A DNA stretch of 64,000 bases, taken from the NCBI GenBank assembly GCA_013239625.1, contig MU056756.1, forward strand, positions 558,001 through 622,000, written 5' to 3'. Within the stretch, counting starts at the first letter, position 1. Every line of letters starts with the position of its first letter. The position numbers were made by a program, and so were the translations under genes. Below the pieces are notes generated by a model, which was given only the letters and a program-made list of their open reading frames with translations, was not told where the DNA came from and made no database searches. Shown piece after piece: positions 11,266 to 24,874 of this stretch. The stretch comes from Lama guanicoe. Lineage: Eukaryota.

Positions 11266-14200
11266 CACAGCAGTGGAAAACTAATACACGGAGGCACCAA
11301 CGTGTTAGGAATGATCATCTCTGGGTGGTGGAGCAGCAGCTGAGTTTTACCTTCTTTCAAATATTTCCTTAAAATTTTCCAAAAGTGTATGTTAGTGTTA
11401 AAAGATACTGAAAATCGGCTTCACTGTCTTCTAAGCCCCCTCGTAACCGGTAAGTGCTGTTTTCCCAGTAATAACACTGCATTTAAAGCAAATAATCCTT
11501 GTGTTGCAAAGTTACCACAGTAATACCTTTATGCTCAGTGACTTTATTACACTTCTCTGCTACAAGTGGAAGTGTAGTTTTATGTGTGTTCTAAAGCCAT
11601 AAAGTGAAACTTATTCCCGGGAGTATGCCCACGTGTTGTGTCTTCAAGGCTCATTTTACGTGAGACGTAGTAAAAGAAGACTTGCAGAGACACGTCCCCG
11701 AGCTGTCACCAGGGAACCCCTCTTCCTCGATGGAGTGAAAGCAGTGGGCGCTGAGCATTACTGGTCCCGAGAATCGCCTCCAGCTCTAGCACCACCACGT
11801 GCACATGGGGGCAGGGGCCTTCAGCATCCCTGGTCCAGAGAGCCCAGGGCTTTTCCAGCACAGTCTCCCCTCCCAGGGCTGCCCCGTCTGCTACCGGTGA
11901 CTTCTGACTCCCGGGATGTCCCCGTACTGAGAGGTTCCCATTAGCCATCTTCCTGCACATTTGGTGCCCTCGTTCTTCTCTATCTTCTGTGTTTTTCTCT
12001 AGTTCCGGATTAAATTACGGCTCCCTCGAATGGCAGTGAACACTCATTTCTTTCTGATAACTGCCGTGCAGTCCCCCAGACATTGTCAGCTGACTGGGGC
12101 ACCACGTCAGATCGCTTCCATGATGCGGTTACACTGCTCTTTTCATTTCAGATGGATGCACACTTAGTGATTCTCTCCAATCACAACAGGATGCTCGATC
12201 TTACTGCCTGTAAGGTCCTACATGTATGTGGTGGTATGTGGTGGCATATTCAGATAGTCACTAACTTCAGCACTTATCATTAAACATTGCAATGGCGAAA
12301 GAACTCTTTCTTTCTTCTTAGGCAGCATGTACCTCACGTTTTACAGGGTGGTAGATAATCAAATGTTTAACCTATAAAATCAGCAGTCAGAAAATACAAT
12401 GGAGTGAGAAGAATGGAAACGCATATTTAACTGCTGCAGTGATATTTAATTTCAAGCGCTAACAGGAGAGATTCTGGAACAAAGGCAGCGGTGGCGGTGT
12501 GGGACAGAATGTCTTCTCTGCACACACCACCTGACGGGGAACCGATCCAGTTTTCTGTTTGTCTCACTGGCCAGACTTCGCTCCAGGTCCCTCGAGAGCA
12601 GAGACCGTGGCTGAGCTATCCTGACGCAGAGCAGGTGCTCAGTGGTGTCTGACGCCCTGAACTGCTCGTCAGGAAGTGGTCACTGGGGCTGATCAGGTGG
12701 GTGTCAGTGGTGATCTTTACTGTAGCTTCGTGTTCCAGTCGCCTCGTTTGTCAGGCTAACAAATGCCCTAAAATTGCTCCTGAAGGTCGTGGGGAGCCCC
12801 TGAAGGGGTTCAGTAGCCTAGACGGTTTCTGTCTAGGGAAGATGGATCTGACTGGGGGACACGGTCATATGTCTGTCAGGAAATCCCAGTGAAGGAGAGC
12901 AGACCGCGTTGGCAATGGCAGGGGGACCGAGAAAACCGGTCGGGAAGTGGACCTGTTAGGGGATGGTGCTGAACAAAAGGAGCAGGGACGGAAGACGCCC
13001 CCCCCCCAGGACTCTGACATGGGTGGGAGAGGGGCTGGAAGGAGGCGCAGAGGTCGGGGGTGGCTGAGTCCAGCCTCGGGCGTGTTGCGTTTAATGTGGC
13101 CCCCAAGCCCCGATGCCCAGGTGAGAGCCGCAGCCGGACGTCGTCTCTGCCCTGGTGATCCTGACCCCCCAGGTCCCAAATGCCTGCTCCCTCTGCCTTC
13201 TGGGCGGGGGACCTGACGGGGCAGGTCCGAGAGACACAGACTCCAGCCTGCTGCCCCGGAAGCTCCTGGGAGCAAGGGCGAGGTTCAGCCATCTTGTTCC
13301 TGCCCTGGGCGCCCAGTGAGTGTGTGTTAGATGAATGGCTCACTTGCCGGGTAAACACACCTGGGGAGAGCGTTTTCACCCCAAGAAAGTCCCTTTAGAG
13401 CAGCCCTGCCCTGGTCCTGGCTGATGGCTGGTCGCCGGGCCCCCGCTTCCTCTGTGTCGCAGCTCACACACACTGGCCTCCACTCGTGTCTCTTTGGAAA
13501 AATAAATTACAGGGAGAGATGTCAGCAAACTGAATTTCAGAAAAATAAACCTCAAACACCCTGAATGTCGGCAAGTCAACAGCAGACCCCCTGCAGCAGG
13601 CGCGCCCGCAAGTCCTGGCGCACGCATCGGTGTTGAGCCACTCTGTGATGTGTGACTTGCAAGGTCTTGAGATCGACAGTGTTTTTAAGAAAATGGACCC
13701 AAGGGGCCTTTCGGTGGCACTAGGTGGACCTCGGGGACCCTGTTCGCAGTAAGTCCAGGCGTGGCTTCAGCTGCCACTTTGAGTACCTGGATCCGGAAAA
13801 CGGCTGCGTCGTCGCGCAGGGGGCTTGAAGGCTCAAACGCAGACTCGCTCTGGATGCTTAAATAAGCACGAAAAACAGGCTCTGTAACTAAGCAGAAAGA
13901 AAATGCATGAAACAATAAGGGCGTCTCTGAGAATCTCCAGCAGGGACAGAAGCAGGCGTGAAGGCTCTGCAGCCGGGAACAGCCCCCCTCAGATCTGCCT
14001 GCTTTGGTGAAGCCCGCCATCCCAGCCACGCTGGGCACACGCCTCACGGGCAACACCCGGGCCAAGCTCTGCCCGCGACCTCGTATGCCAGACGCGGCAG
14101 CTGCAGCTGCTCTTGGTGGGATTCTCCTCTGCGCCCCGAGCTTGCACCCCGAGTCTGGGGGAGACGCACCGTATCTGAGGGGCGGCGGTCATGTGCCCAT

Positions 14201-14499
14201 ACCCTCGCTCCAAGAGGGTCTGGAAGGGAAACCGCCACCGTGTCGGCCCTGTAATAGGAGTCTGTCTCTGCCTCTCGCAGCGGACACCACCACCCGAGGC
14301 CCCGAGGTGTCAGTGAGCCAAGCAGATGACAGAGGCACCATCACAACACAACGTGAAAATGAGACATCCTGGAGGAGCGTGTTCTGGAGAACAGTTAACA
14401 CGCATGTGCCAGTCACCTGTCTGCCAGAAATCTGCCTAAGGTGCACACGTCTGGGGATTCACTGCACACACCTGAGACGTACATGCATACCTGTAGACT

Positions 14500-15900
14500 C
14501 TGCACCGAGGGCCAAGACCCTGCTCCAAGGAATGAAAGGAGAGCGACGTAAATGGAGAGACACCGTGATGGGGCCCCAGCGCGGTCAGGCTGCTAATTCT
14601 CCCCAGGTTAGGGTGTAATTTCAGTGCAACCTCAGCCAAAACCAACACAATTCAAAGCAACCTCTGTTCTTAGAGAAGCTGACAGGAGGATTCCAAAACG
14701 TGTGTGAAGATGCAAAGGACCTTAGGAGAGCCAGGACACCCTTGACAAGGAAGAACCAAGTCGGACGCCCCTCGCCGTCTGATTTTCCCAGCGCCAGACG
14801 CAGCCGTCTCTGCAAGGCTCCCTGCTTCGTTGTAGGAGAACGGCATTCAGAATCCCGGGAGGGGCACCGGGTGCTCACAGCCAGCTCCCTCAAAGGGCAG
14901 AGCCGGCGTACGTGCAAGTGTTCATTGTACCTTCCCATCCGCGGCTGTTAAGCTAAGCGTGAACCCATACCGATGTCTCTGGCTGTAATCTGACACGACG
15001 TGGTTCGCTCTGGCTTTTCTCCCTCCCCCTGGTTTCTGAACAAGACATTCTGCAATTTTCCTGGAGACCTCCTCTTTGAACCACGGGTTGTTTAGAAGCC
15101 TGCTGTTTGACTTTCAGATTCCTGGGGATTTTCCGGAAATCTTCCTGTTGCTGATTAACCGATTGTGGTCCAAGAACGTATCGTGTATGATTTCTGTTCT
15201 TTCAGATTTCTTAAGGTTTACGTCCCAGAACATAGTCTCTTGGTGGATGTGCAAGGGGCCCTCGCTTGGGGAAAGAGCGGATTATGTTCTTGCAGGTGGG
15301 AGGCCCTCTGTCCTTACGACAGAGTGAGGGTGGCGTCAGGGGGCCAGGGCCTCTCAGCCTGCGCACGGCTGGCGTCTGGGGCCGGGCGGTTCTTCTGAGT
15401 TGACGGCTCTCTGTGCACGACTTTCAGCAGCATGTCCGGCCTCTACCCACCAGGTGACAGCCGCTGTGACCACGGAGCGTCTCCAGGTGTTGCCTCTTAT
15501 CCCCCGGGAGGTGAACGCTCTCGGGCTAAGGGCCACGCAGATCGACAGAGTAAGTCAGCGTAGCGGGAGAGTGGCTCTCAGCATCAACAGTTAGAACTTT
15601 TGCTCGTTAAAGGACTAAGAAGAAGATGAAAAGGCAGACTGCAGAGTGAAGGGAAATATTTGAAATGCGTATCTTACCAAGGATTTAATGCAAAATATAT
15701 ACAGAACACCCACAAAATAAAACTATGAAGACAAACTGATGGGAAAAAATGGGGAAAAGTTTGGGAAGCCACTCCACAAAAGAAGACACACAAGTAACCA
15801 ACCACCATGGCACCAGCCCCCAGCAAGCGGGAGGTGACCTGAGCGAGGCTCCTGTGGCTCCTGCTGCGGCGGGCAAGCATGACGACAACACAGACAGCTG
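14500..15900. mobile_element. Cluster of L1 ORF2 remnants (+ about 14500-14800, - about 15045-15300, + about 15580-15900)
   Basis: Recognisable L1 ORF2 tracts such as tgcaaaggacc...agaagaaccaagtcgga, tttagaagcctgctgtttgactttcaga and aaaaggcagactgcagagtgaagggaaatatttg; frames disrupted. Confidence 0.55.
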
Positions 15901-16900
15901 GTGAGGCCGAGGGCGCAGCCGCGGAGGAGAGGCGTCTGTCAGAGGCCGCGCCTGATGTCTGCGCGGCCCACACACAGCAGCTCTGGCTCGGTTAGTTAAT
16001 GGGGGTGAAATGGGGTTAATTTTTCTGTTCCGTGATTTCGATTTTAGAAAAAAAATTAAGTTCTTTCTGACGACTTCACCAAGGTTTGTTCTTTTAAAAA
16101 AAAAAGTAAGAACTTGAAATGTTTGTTCAGGCAGACTCTGATGTGGAAACATGGGGTCCCTCCGAGAAGCCCCGACCCCTGCCGGCTCCCCCAGGAGTGT
16201 CCCGAGACGTCCTGCCAAACTCCTCAGACTGACCTGGGAGCCAGGTCCCTGACCCCGGACAGGCCTCTGCGGGCAAGTCGACTACAGTGCTTATTAACAT
16301 TAACCAGATGCCCGTGGCGCGCCAGGCTCCACCCTCCACGTGTTGCGTAGAATGTTCTTAGTTAACATCCGTGGACTCTGTGAGTTAAGTCCTGTGACGT
16401 CCGCGTTTTGCAGGTGCTCACAGAAGTGGCATAGCTTGTCCAACATGACACATGAGCCGGAAGCTCAGCCGGGACCTGAATGCAGCCGCCTTCACAGCCG
16501 TGCCCGCGGCAGCCCAGGCTGCGCTGGGCGCTGCGATGTGTCCCCCGATGGCTCTGCTGGCCACTGCACTGGCTCTTACTCTCTACAAATGAACATTCAG
16601 GTCGCCTCACCACCCAGCAAACTCATAGCCTTTGCAAATTGCCCCGTATCCCCTCCACTCTGAAAGATTCGGAAAATTGTTCAAAACCGTCCCTTCCACC
16701 ACCCTTTTCTCACCTGCCCTTCCTGCAGTCGGGCCTGAGTCCCCCGGGTCGGTTTCCCCACTGCCTCCCACGGCCCCAGACCCCCCCCCAACCAGGACTT
16801 CCTGGCGCGGGGCCCTCTGTTCCTGCTCCAGAAAGTCTGCCTGGTTTAATGAGCCCCTTCCCTGCAGGGGCTGCTGGTCAGTAAAGGAATAAACATAGAA

Positions 16901-16981
16901 GGGAGGGCACAGCTCAGAGGTGGGCGCGTGCTTGGCTGCACGAGGCCCTGGGTTCAATCCCCGGGACCTCCCTAAAAAAAA
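16901..16981 (+). mobile_element. tRNA-derived SINE, camelid (Vic-1-like)
   Basis: GGGAGGGCACAGCTCAGAGG...CACGAGGCCCTGGGTTCAATCCCCGGGACCTCC plus A tail. B box GGTTCAATCCC at 16951-16961. Confidence 0.8.
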
Positions 16982-19900
16982 GTACTGTAAGATTTAAAAA
17001 ATAAGAAGAATAATAAACGTGAGGAGCAGAGGAACAGGCGGTGGGAGGAGGCGCCAGGGTTGTGAGGGCGGCCCCGTCTGTCCGTCCGTCCGTCCGTCCC
17101 CAGAAAACCCACAGGCTCCTGGCAGCTCCTCCTCCAGCACCCGTGGACGCCGGCCGCCTCCTCTCCAGGATGCGTTTCATCTCCGGGAAGCGAGGCCCCT
17201 CTTCCAAGAGCCCTCCTGGCCTTAGAGGACGAGGGGAGAGCCTGATTCTGAGCCTGACGCTGTGGCTGTTTCGCCTGCAGAGGCGGGAAGGGTCCAGTCT
17301 CCCCGGAGGGGGTTAGGCTGGGCCCCGTTGTCCACGTGGCGCAGGGAGGGCGCCACGCTCCTGCCAGTCCCGTCAGCTCCATGTGTGAGACAGAGGGACG
17401 CCCTCTGCCTCTGGAACAAACACGCGGAGTTGGAAAAAGAGGTTTCCCCTGTTTGTCCTTCATACACGCTGCCCAGCGTCCTCGCTGCTCAGGTGACAGG
17501 AACGCGGGGGCGGCGCGTTTTGTCTCAGGGCCCGGCTGTGTTTACACAGGTCCGGCAGCTGAACGCAGAGGCCTGGCGAGGCGTGGGTTTGTTTTCACCA
17601 TGACCTGAAGTCGTAGAAGAGGGCTGTGGCGTCGGTCCAGCCGCCGACTCTCACAGCTCGCAGGCGGGAAGGGGAGAGCTGGAAGCCAGGAGCCCTCCCG
17701 ACGCACCGCCTCCCTCGCTCGGCTCCCGGAGCAGGTTCCCGCCTCGTGTGCACGTGGGACTGTCAGACGGGAAAGGGGAAAAACTAGAAACCATGTGTCC
17801 GCGTTGCTCTGGAAGGCTCTTTGTGGTTTCCTCTCAGGATCGTCTGCGCTACCGGAAAGTCTGCACGTGAAGGTCTGCGCTGTGCCTGGCACCCGGGTCT
17901 GCAGTAGGAATCACCATTTTGAAGAAATAACAGGGGCCTGAAGGGAGTTTCAGGTGGTGCTGGTGCCCGAGGACCGGCTGCTGGGGAGGAGCGGGGGCCC
18001 CGGGGCCCGGCCCTGTCCCACGTGGGACCCCCAGCCTCTCCGGCACCTCCGGCCTCCCTGCTGGTTGTCAGCGTCCAGGCCGTGGCCGTGAGGACCGCGG
18101 GCCTCCTCGGGGGTGGGGGGGATGCTGAGCCGTTGTTGTAAGAACAGGTGTTTTCTATTAACCCTAATAGGCTGAAGTTGGGGCTGTTTTTAGTGTAAAA
18201 TGTGTGGTACTGAGGACCAGCCTCTTGAGGTCGCCGATCCCGTGTCTCGGCAGTGCGCCCTTGGGGCTGGAGGTGTGCGTCCCGGGGCCAGGCCGCCGGG
18301 CCGCTGCGCGCCCCGCGCTCACCTGGGGGCCTGGGCGGTGCGGGTGTCGGTCGTCCTGTTCGCACAGCGAGGCCACGAACCGGGTGGGTTAGCACGTTGC
18401 CAGATGCTCCCGGAGTGCCCAGCGTCGCCACGTGTAGCAGACGTTAACTGCTGGGAGTCTGCGTTTAAAAGGAAACAGCGTGACTAGCTTCCTGCAGAGG
18501 CGAGTCTGCTTGCAGTGGCTGCCCTGCGTTAGAAGGAGAGCAGCGGGGATCAGAGGCGTGTCTGAACCGCGGAGTCACACGAACACCAAACCTCGGGCTT
18601 GCCCAGCGCCACCCAGGGGCGCTCACTGGCGCTCTGGGGCTCCAGGCTCGGCGCTGGGACCTGCACACGGACGTGAAGGTGACAGAGCCCACTTTGAAGA
18701 GTCCGAGACGCTGAAGAGGCTGAAACGGTGAGAAGGCAGATTCCTCCGAGGGGAAGCGTTGCGTCAGGAGGAAACGAGACTCCGTGCTGACTGGCAAACT
18801 CGCCGTGTGAAGCCAGCGGTTTCAAGGAAACACAGGAGAGGGAGTTTCCGTTTTTGCAAAAGCAGACGTGGAGCCGAGAGCCCGAGAACCCGGGCCGCCC
18901 CCGGGGATGCGACGCGCACGCCCGCACGTGCCGGGGAGCTGGGCCAAACCCGCGTGCAGACGGGGCAGGCGGTGGTCATGGCCGACCAGCTCGGGCCCAC
19001 ACGCCGTGGCCTCGGGCGCTGGGGGTGGCCACTCGCCTGTCTGTCTGCAGCCCCGGGGCCACGGAGGAGCCGAGGGACCCGCTGCTGGGCCCGCCCCCCA
19101 CCGGGACCTCCTGCCCGCAGCAGCGGGAGTGACGGGGCGTCAGGCAGAGACTTGCACGACTTCATACGCAAGATCAGAACCCGCTCCAAGCTCACTTCTC
19201 CCCCATTTCCTTTCCTTTCTCTCTCTCTCTGTTTTGTTTTGTCTGTTTTGAGTGGAGAGGAGGGAAGAGCTGAAACAAACCTACACTCGGTTTTAAGACA
19301 AAGATCATTATTATATTAATTTATAACATGAATTGCATTCTATTAATAGCTAAAAATAATTATTATTACTTTTACCCGGAACATTGACTTTATAATAAAT
19401 GAGCTTCACTTAATCAGAACTTGTAATCAAGTCCAAATTTTTTCTCTGCTGCCCCATTTTTAAAGAAGTAAGTCAGAGGGAAAACAGTTTGCATCAAGAG
19501 TTCACTCTGAAAAGCGAGGAACGTACTTTGGCCAAATACGAGTCAGAGTTAGCAATCCAGTGTTCATGCACGTTTATACACAGGCCCGTGCAGTGATCCC
19601 GTTTAACGGTCCCATTGTGATCCACACTGGGAAAGAAGAGTAAATTAATTGTTTCTGTCCACATTCTGTCTGGGTCAAATAAAATGAGTTCTTACTGTTC
19701 TACGGAAAGACTGTCATCAGAACTTGAAAGGAGCTCAATCAGCCAGAAATGTGAGCTCAGCTGAACTTGCAGTCTGACCGGCGTCCTCGAGGTTTTCCCG
19801 TCCTTTTAACATTTTGCAAAATAACAAGAAGGGAGACCAGAGGACTTTGACTTTAAGGCTATTTGCAGGGGGGGGAGATCATTTTGATAATAAAATGGAT

Positions 19901-20340
19901 TTGATTTCTCAGTCTGCTCTGCCTGGATTGTGTAATCTGGTCGACTTCACGTAAGTTGGAGGCAAGTCTTGTTTTTACCTTTAGTTTTCCTGCGTGTGTG
20001 AAGCTGCCAGAAGCCGACGTGATTTTCATGAGACTCGGGTTTTGAGCCAAGCCCACTGTTGTGCTGTGCGAGTTCCCCGTGCTTTCAGCTCTTTTTCTTT
20101 CCGGTGTGGAAAGGTCCCGATTTCCCTACCTGGTCGTAAGAAGTCAGGCTTGAAAGCGGGTTCAGAATAGCCTCTCTCACTGCTTCTGATGCCACGCACG
20201 TTTATGAGTGTGTCTGTTAGGAAAACTTACAGGAGGCGAAGGTACCGTCACAGGACGAGGTTCTGCACCGGCCTCTGGGAGTTGGGTCGCACGGTCCCTG
20301 CGGAGATGCTCACGGACGCCTCTCCTCTCCTTTCTTGCAG

Positions 20341-20488
20341 CCAGAGCTACCTGCCAGCGGCCAGCGATGGGCCGGCCGGGCACAGCCTGGACCCCTCTGC
20401 CAACTACAACTCCCCGAAGTTCCGCTCCCGGAACCAGAGCTACATGAGAGCCGTCAGCACGCTCAGCCAGGCCAGCTGTGTGAGCCAG
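20341..20488 (+). CDS. DLGAP2: DLGAP2 coding exon (GK-binding repeat RSRNQSYMRAV)
   Basis: Acceptor tttcttgcag ending 20340. Reads (T)QSYLPAASDGPAGHSLDPSANYNSPKFRSRNQSYMRAVSTLSQASCVSQ. Donor CAG|GTCAGG, 148 nt, phase 2 to 0. Confidence 0.96.
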
Positions 20489-21504
20489 GTCAGGGTCCCT
20501 CCCCCCCACCCCGCCTGGGTCCATCCCCTGGCCGGGGACACTGGGTCCGGCCGTGAGGAGAGGCAAATTTCCAGCTAGAGCTGTCTTGGGGGACCACAAA
20601 CCCAGAAACTTTACTAGACCAGTGGGGCATCTCTGCCTGTCTCATTCCTGCACCCCCTCCTCTGCATCCCTCCTGGCAGAGCAACCTCCTTTCCTGCAGC
20701 TCGTTCCCCTCCCCACGTGGAGGGTCTGCGTCCCACCCCAGGGGACACCCAGAGCCCCCCAGCGCCCCCTGCTGAAGTTCACGGGGGTTTCTGGGGTCTA
20801 GCAGCTCCAGGCAGCCAGCAGGATCACCTCCTGTGTCCTTCAGGGTGCGTTGGGGGCGGGGCTAGTTTCACTCGTCCCCAAACCTTCCCCTTGGCTTCTT
20901 CCTGCTGCAGGAGAGGTAGGCCCAGCGGGAGGGACCTCACCGTGTTCCTGGACCTTCTCCCTCCCTCCCCTCCAGAGCGTGCTCTCGACCCACTCAAATC
21001 CTCGTCACCCTCCGTCCCCTCCCATGCCTGGCCCCAGTGCTTCTGTGACCCAGTGCACCTCGAGTGTGCCGGGGATTTCAGTCTCACACTGGGGCCCCGG
21101 CGTGGCCGTTTTCGCAGGAGTGGGTGGGCCCTGGTGTCGGGGCAGCTGCGCCCGCTCCCTGGGAGCGAGGTGCCGGTTCTCAGCCCGAGGCCACCGCGGA
21201 GCTCTGCTCTTGGCCCTGGCTGCTTTCTTCCTGGGCTGGCATCGTCCTGAGGTCTCCAGCCCGCAACAGTCTCCACGTTTCCTTTGTTTCTCTTCCTCCA
21301 TTCGGATGATTCTGACAACTGCCCCACTTTCCCAGGAACCAGGGGAGCTCAGGGATGTGGGCGCGGGGCCGGCACCTCTGCGCGGAGGGGGCCTCCCTGC
21401 ACCCTCCCTGCAGGAAAGACGTCCTCAGTCTGGACCAGGCCCTTGTCTCCTTGTCTCTAAAAGCTGTTTCAGTGTGATCGCAGCCCCTCTCTGCGACATG
21501 CGCA

Positions 21505-22040
21505 CTTTTTCTAGTTGTGGTAAGATGGCCTTTCTAAGCGCACCAGCCGGTGGCGCTGAGCACATCCACTTGGCTGTGCAGCCGTCCCCACTGCCGTCTC
21601 GTCTTCCCAGACTGACCCTGCTCCCGTCAGACCCCGACTGCCCCCCGCCCCCGCCCTTGCCCCCACCGTCTGCCTCCTCCTGTCTGCGAGTCTGGCCCTT
21701 CAGGGGCCCTCCTGCGAGTAGGCTCACACAGTGCTCGTCCTTACGTGTCTGGCTTACTTCATTTTCCAGCAGGTCCATCCATGCCGCCCAGGGGTCAGAA
21801 TTTGCACCCTTTTTAAGGCTGAAAATTAGATTGCTGTGTGGATGGACCACATTTTGTGTATCCCTCGTCCATCAGCAGACACTTGTGCTGCCTCCAGCCC
21901 TTGGCTGCTGTGAATAACACTGCCGTGAACACGGTGTGCAGACACCCGTCCGTGTCCTGTTGTCAACTCTTGTGTAGCACACCCAGAGCCGGCGTTGCTG
22001 GCGACAGTGGTTCTAACAGCGGCTGCACCTCACCGCCCCA
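21505..22040 (-). mobile_element. L1MB-like 3' end fragment
   Basis: ctggcttacttca...ggtccatccatg...aaggctgaa...gaccacattttg...ttggctgctgtgaataacactgccgtgaac is typical antisense L1 3' sequence. Confidence 0.7.
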
Positions 22041-24657
22041 CGTGCCCTGTGGCGCTGTCCGTCTGACCCCTGGTTAGCCCGCAGCCCTGTGCCCCACCAG
22101 GACCGTCACCTTCTCGCTGCTGTCCCCGTCTTCCCCTTGGCTTCTCTCGAAGCAGTTTTTGGTGCTTTTCTGAGTTTAAGGTTCACAGAAGAAGTCAGTG
22201 CTTCAGACCACACCGAGTGCTCACGCCTCACACCGCCGGCTTAACGCCTCCTGGGACACTTCCAGTGGGCTGAGGCCGTGGCTTGAATTGCAGAGCAAAA
22301 CACCCGCTTTTCCAAATCTCCCTCGAGCAAGTGAACACACCCGCTCTCGGAGAACAGGTCACTTCAGTGCCTGTCTAGGCCAATCCGAAGTCCTTCTCAG
22401 CAACTTGTTAGTTTGGGGGAACGAGTCACCCTCGTTTCTAGACCCTCCCTGATCAGTCTTGTAGCTGGGGGCGCTCGCCGAACGGGCCTTCCTGGAATGT
22501 CCATCTCTTGCTTGTGAAAGGCCAGCTGGAGGGCTTTCTTCCCGACGGAGGCACCCCCGGCCCAGGGCAGGTCTGCGGCCCGGGCGCCACTGGGACCCTG
22601 TGTCCAGGGGCCGGCGGCACGTCACTTGCGCTCTGGCCAACCTCCGTCGTTCCACGTGGCTCCTTGACATAAGTGGCGCGAGGCAGCCTGAGACCCCTCG
22701 ATGCAATTCCGCAGACAGGAGAACTCACCGAAAGTCACCCGCGCTCCAGAAAATGTCAGGTTTCGAGCCAGGACGCGTGCCGGGTGCGCCTCCCTCACTA
22801 GGTACCCAAGGTTGTCAGGACAGGGTGCCATCACTTGTCTTTGCCCTGAATCCCTGCGTCTCTGTCCAGCGCCAGACACTCTCGAACCATTTGGATGAAC
22901 GCAGCTGCCGTTCGCTTTCCTGAGGTCCTTTCTGCCCGACCGAAGGCTCTCCCTCTCACTCTGGGCTCCGGGCAGGCAGGCCTGCTTTCAGTCCCCTCTG
23001 CACCTTCCGCTGGGCTCCGCTCACGCAGGCCTTGTCCAGCGAAAGGGAGGGAGCTGTTGTTCCAGTGCATGAACATCTCAGGGAGGAGCCGGGTCCACAC
23101 GTAGGTCTGCGGTTAGAGGTGGGCAGGCGGTGTCTTATCCCTACGGGGGGGAAATCTGACTTTTTAAACCTGCTTTTACTCTGAGAACAGTTAGGGGGAA
23201 AAAGTTGCTCTGCCGATGAGAGCAGCAGCTCTCTGTCTGCCTGTCACCGTGCCCCGAGTGTTCAGGGGGGTGGGGGGGACGTTTAAGCAGTGGGAGGAAT
23301 GACGCCAGTGGGCGGCTTGGCTGCAATGGGACCGGGTGGCGGCATCCATGAGGACCGGCAGGAGGAGGGACTGGGATGCGGGCGAGCAGAGGCACTCCAG
23401 CGGGGAGAAGCCACCTGCAGGTGGACACCTGCCCCAGGTTTCCGGCTCCCGGGCAGGGGGCAGTGGAGGCCCGGCGGGCCGTCTGGGGCTGTCCTGGGGC
23501 CTCTGCCTGGGCTCTGAGTCTGTGTCACCTCCGGGGCCTCCCACGAGCCTCAGCCCCGCATGTCAGCACCCCCACCTGCACCCCCACACCCGCTTACGCC
23601 TTAACCTAGAAGGTGTCCCCAAGGGATGTGCCCTCTGCACAGTGCAGGGTGGGGCCTTTATCTGTGTCCTGCCCCACCACTGGCGAAAACCACCCCTCAA
23701 CGCCACCCCTCAGGCCTGGGAGTGGCTGCACGTCTCCAGCCCAAGTGGGGCTTCCATTCTTAAATTCCTGTTCCATCCCCACCCCGCAGGCTGCAGCCTT
23801 GTTTCAGCCCTGTAGGTCGCTGTGTCAGGTTCCCATCTGGAACCTCCAGACTTCACTCTGCGAAACGGACGCGCATCACCACCTAGAAACCCGGAGAGCG
23901 TGTCCGCCCCCACCCCCCCAGACGGCCAGGCCCCTGCGTGCGCGTCTCTTAGGACCCCTCCAGTCTCCAAAGCCTGATCGTTTCTTTTTAAATACAGTTG
24001 GAACTTTTAGGTTCCCAGGGTGACTCTGTCCCTGGAAATAAGTCTCAGGGCTTGAAAATAATTCCTTCACCTGCTGAGCTACTGGGTGGAGCAGGGATGC
24101 GTGTGCCCCAGAGCGGGCGTGTCAGGCGCAGACAGGAGCTGCGCCAGCCGTTGCTCCCCCGCCTGCACGGGTCCTCTCCCGGGACGGGGGCTCGAGCTGG
24201 CTGCCAGGCTGTGCTCGGTTTCCATGCCGTGAGCAGGAGCAGAGCAGGAGCAGCTTGTGCCCTGCCCGGGGTTTGCGAGCACAGCCTCGCCCCCTAGAGC
24301 CGTCTGTGCCGTCAGCACAGGGGAGATGAAGGTGCCGTGTGGGAAACAGAGAGGAAGGGATGGACTAGTATTTTGAATCACGTGCTACACATTTAAACAA
24401 CCGTCTCCCTTAAACGTGGTGACAACCGCCCACCATCCTTTACAGCTCTGCCCCGGGGTTGGGGGGGCCCTAGAGTTCCAGGGACGTCTTGGCGTTGGCG
24501 TTCACCTTAGTGTTTCCCCAAGTGTAATGATCCCCAGTGTGGGTTTCAGGTGAACTAGGCTGGAAACGAAGACGGTAAGTGAAGACGGGGTGGGTTTCAG
24601 TCTCTCTGGTCCTTTCACGGCTGGACCTGGCTGTCAACCTGCTGTCACTCGTTTCAG

Positions 24658-24874
24658 ATGAGTGAGGCGGAGCTCAACGGGCAGTTCGAGTCCGTGTGCG
24701 AGTCCGTCTTCAGCGAAGTGGAGTCTCAGGCCATGGACGCCCTCGACCTCCCCGGATGCTTCCGGACGCGCAGTCACAGTTACCTCCGAGCCATTCAGGC
24801 TGGTTACTCCCAAGATGATGAATGTATCCCCGTGATGGCCTCCGACATCGGCTCGACCGTCAGGCCCACCACAG
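24658..24874 (+). CDS. DLGAP2: DLGAP2 coding exon (GK-binding repeat RTRSHSYLRAI)
   Basis: Acceptor gtttcag ending 24657. Reads MSEAELNGQFESVCESVFSEVESQAMDALDLPGCFRTRSHSYLRAIQAGYSQDDECIPVMASDIGSTVRPTT. Donor G|GTAACC, 217 nt, phase 0 to 1. Confidence 0.96.

Noticed and set aside
20850-21917. 355-aa plus-strand ORF
   Set aside because: Non-ATG start, GC-rich intron, overlaps an antisense L1 fragment, no protein motifs.
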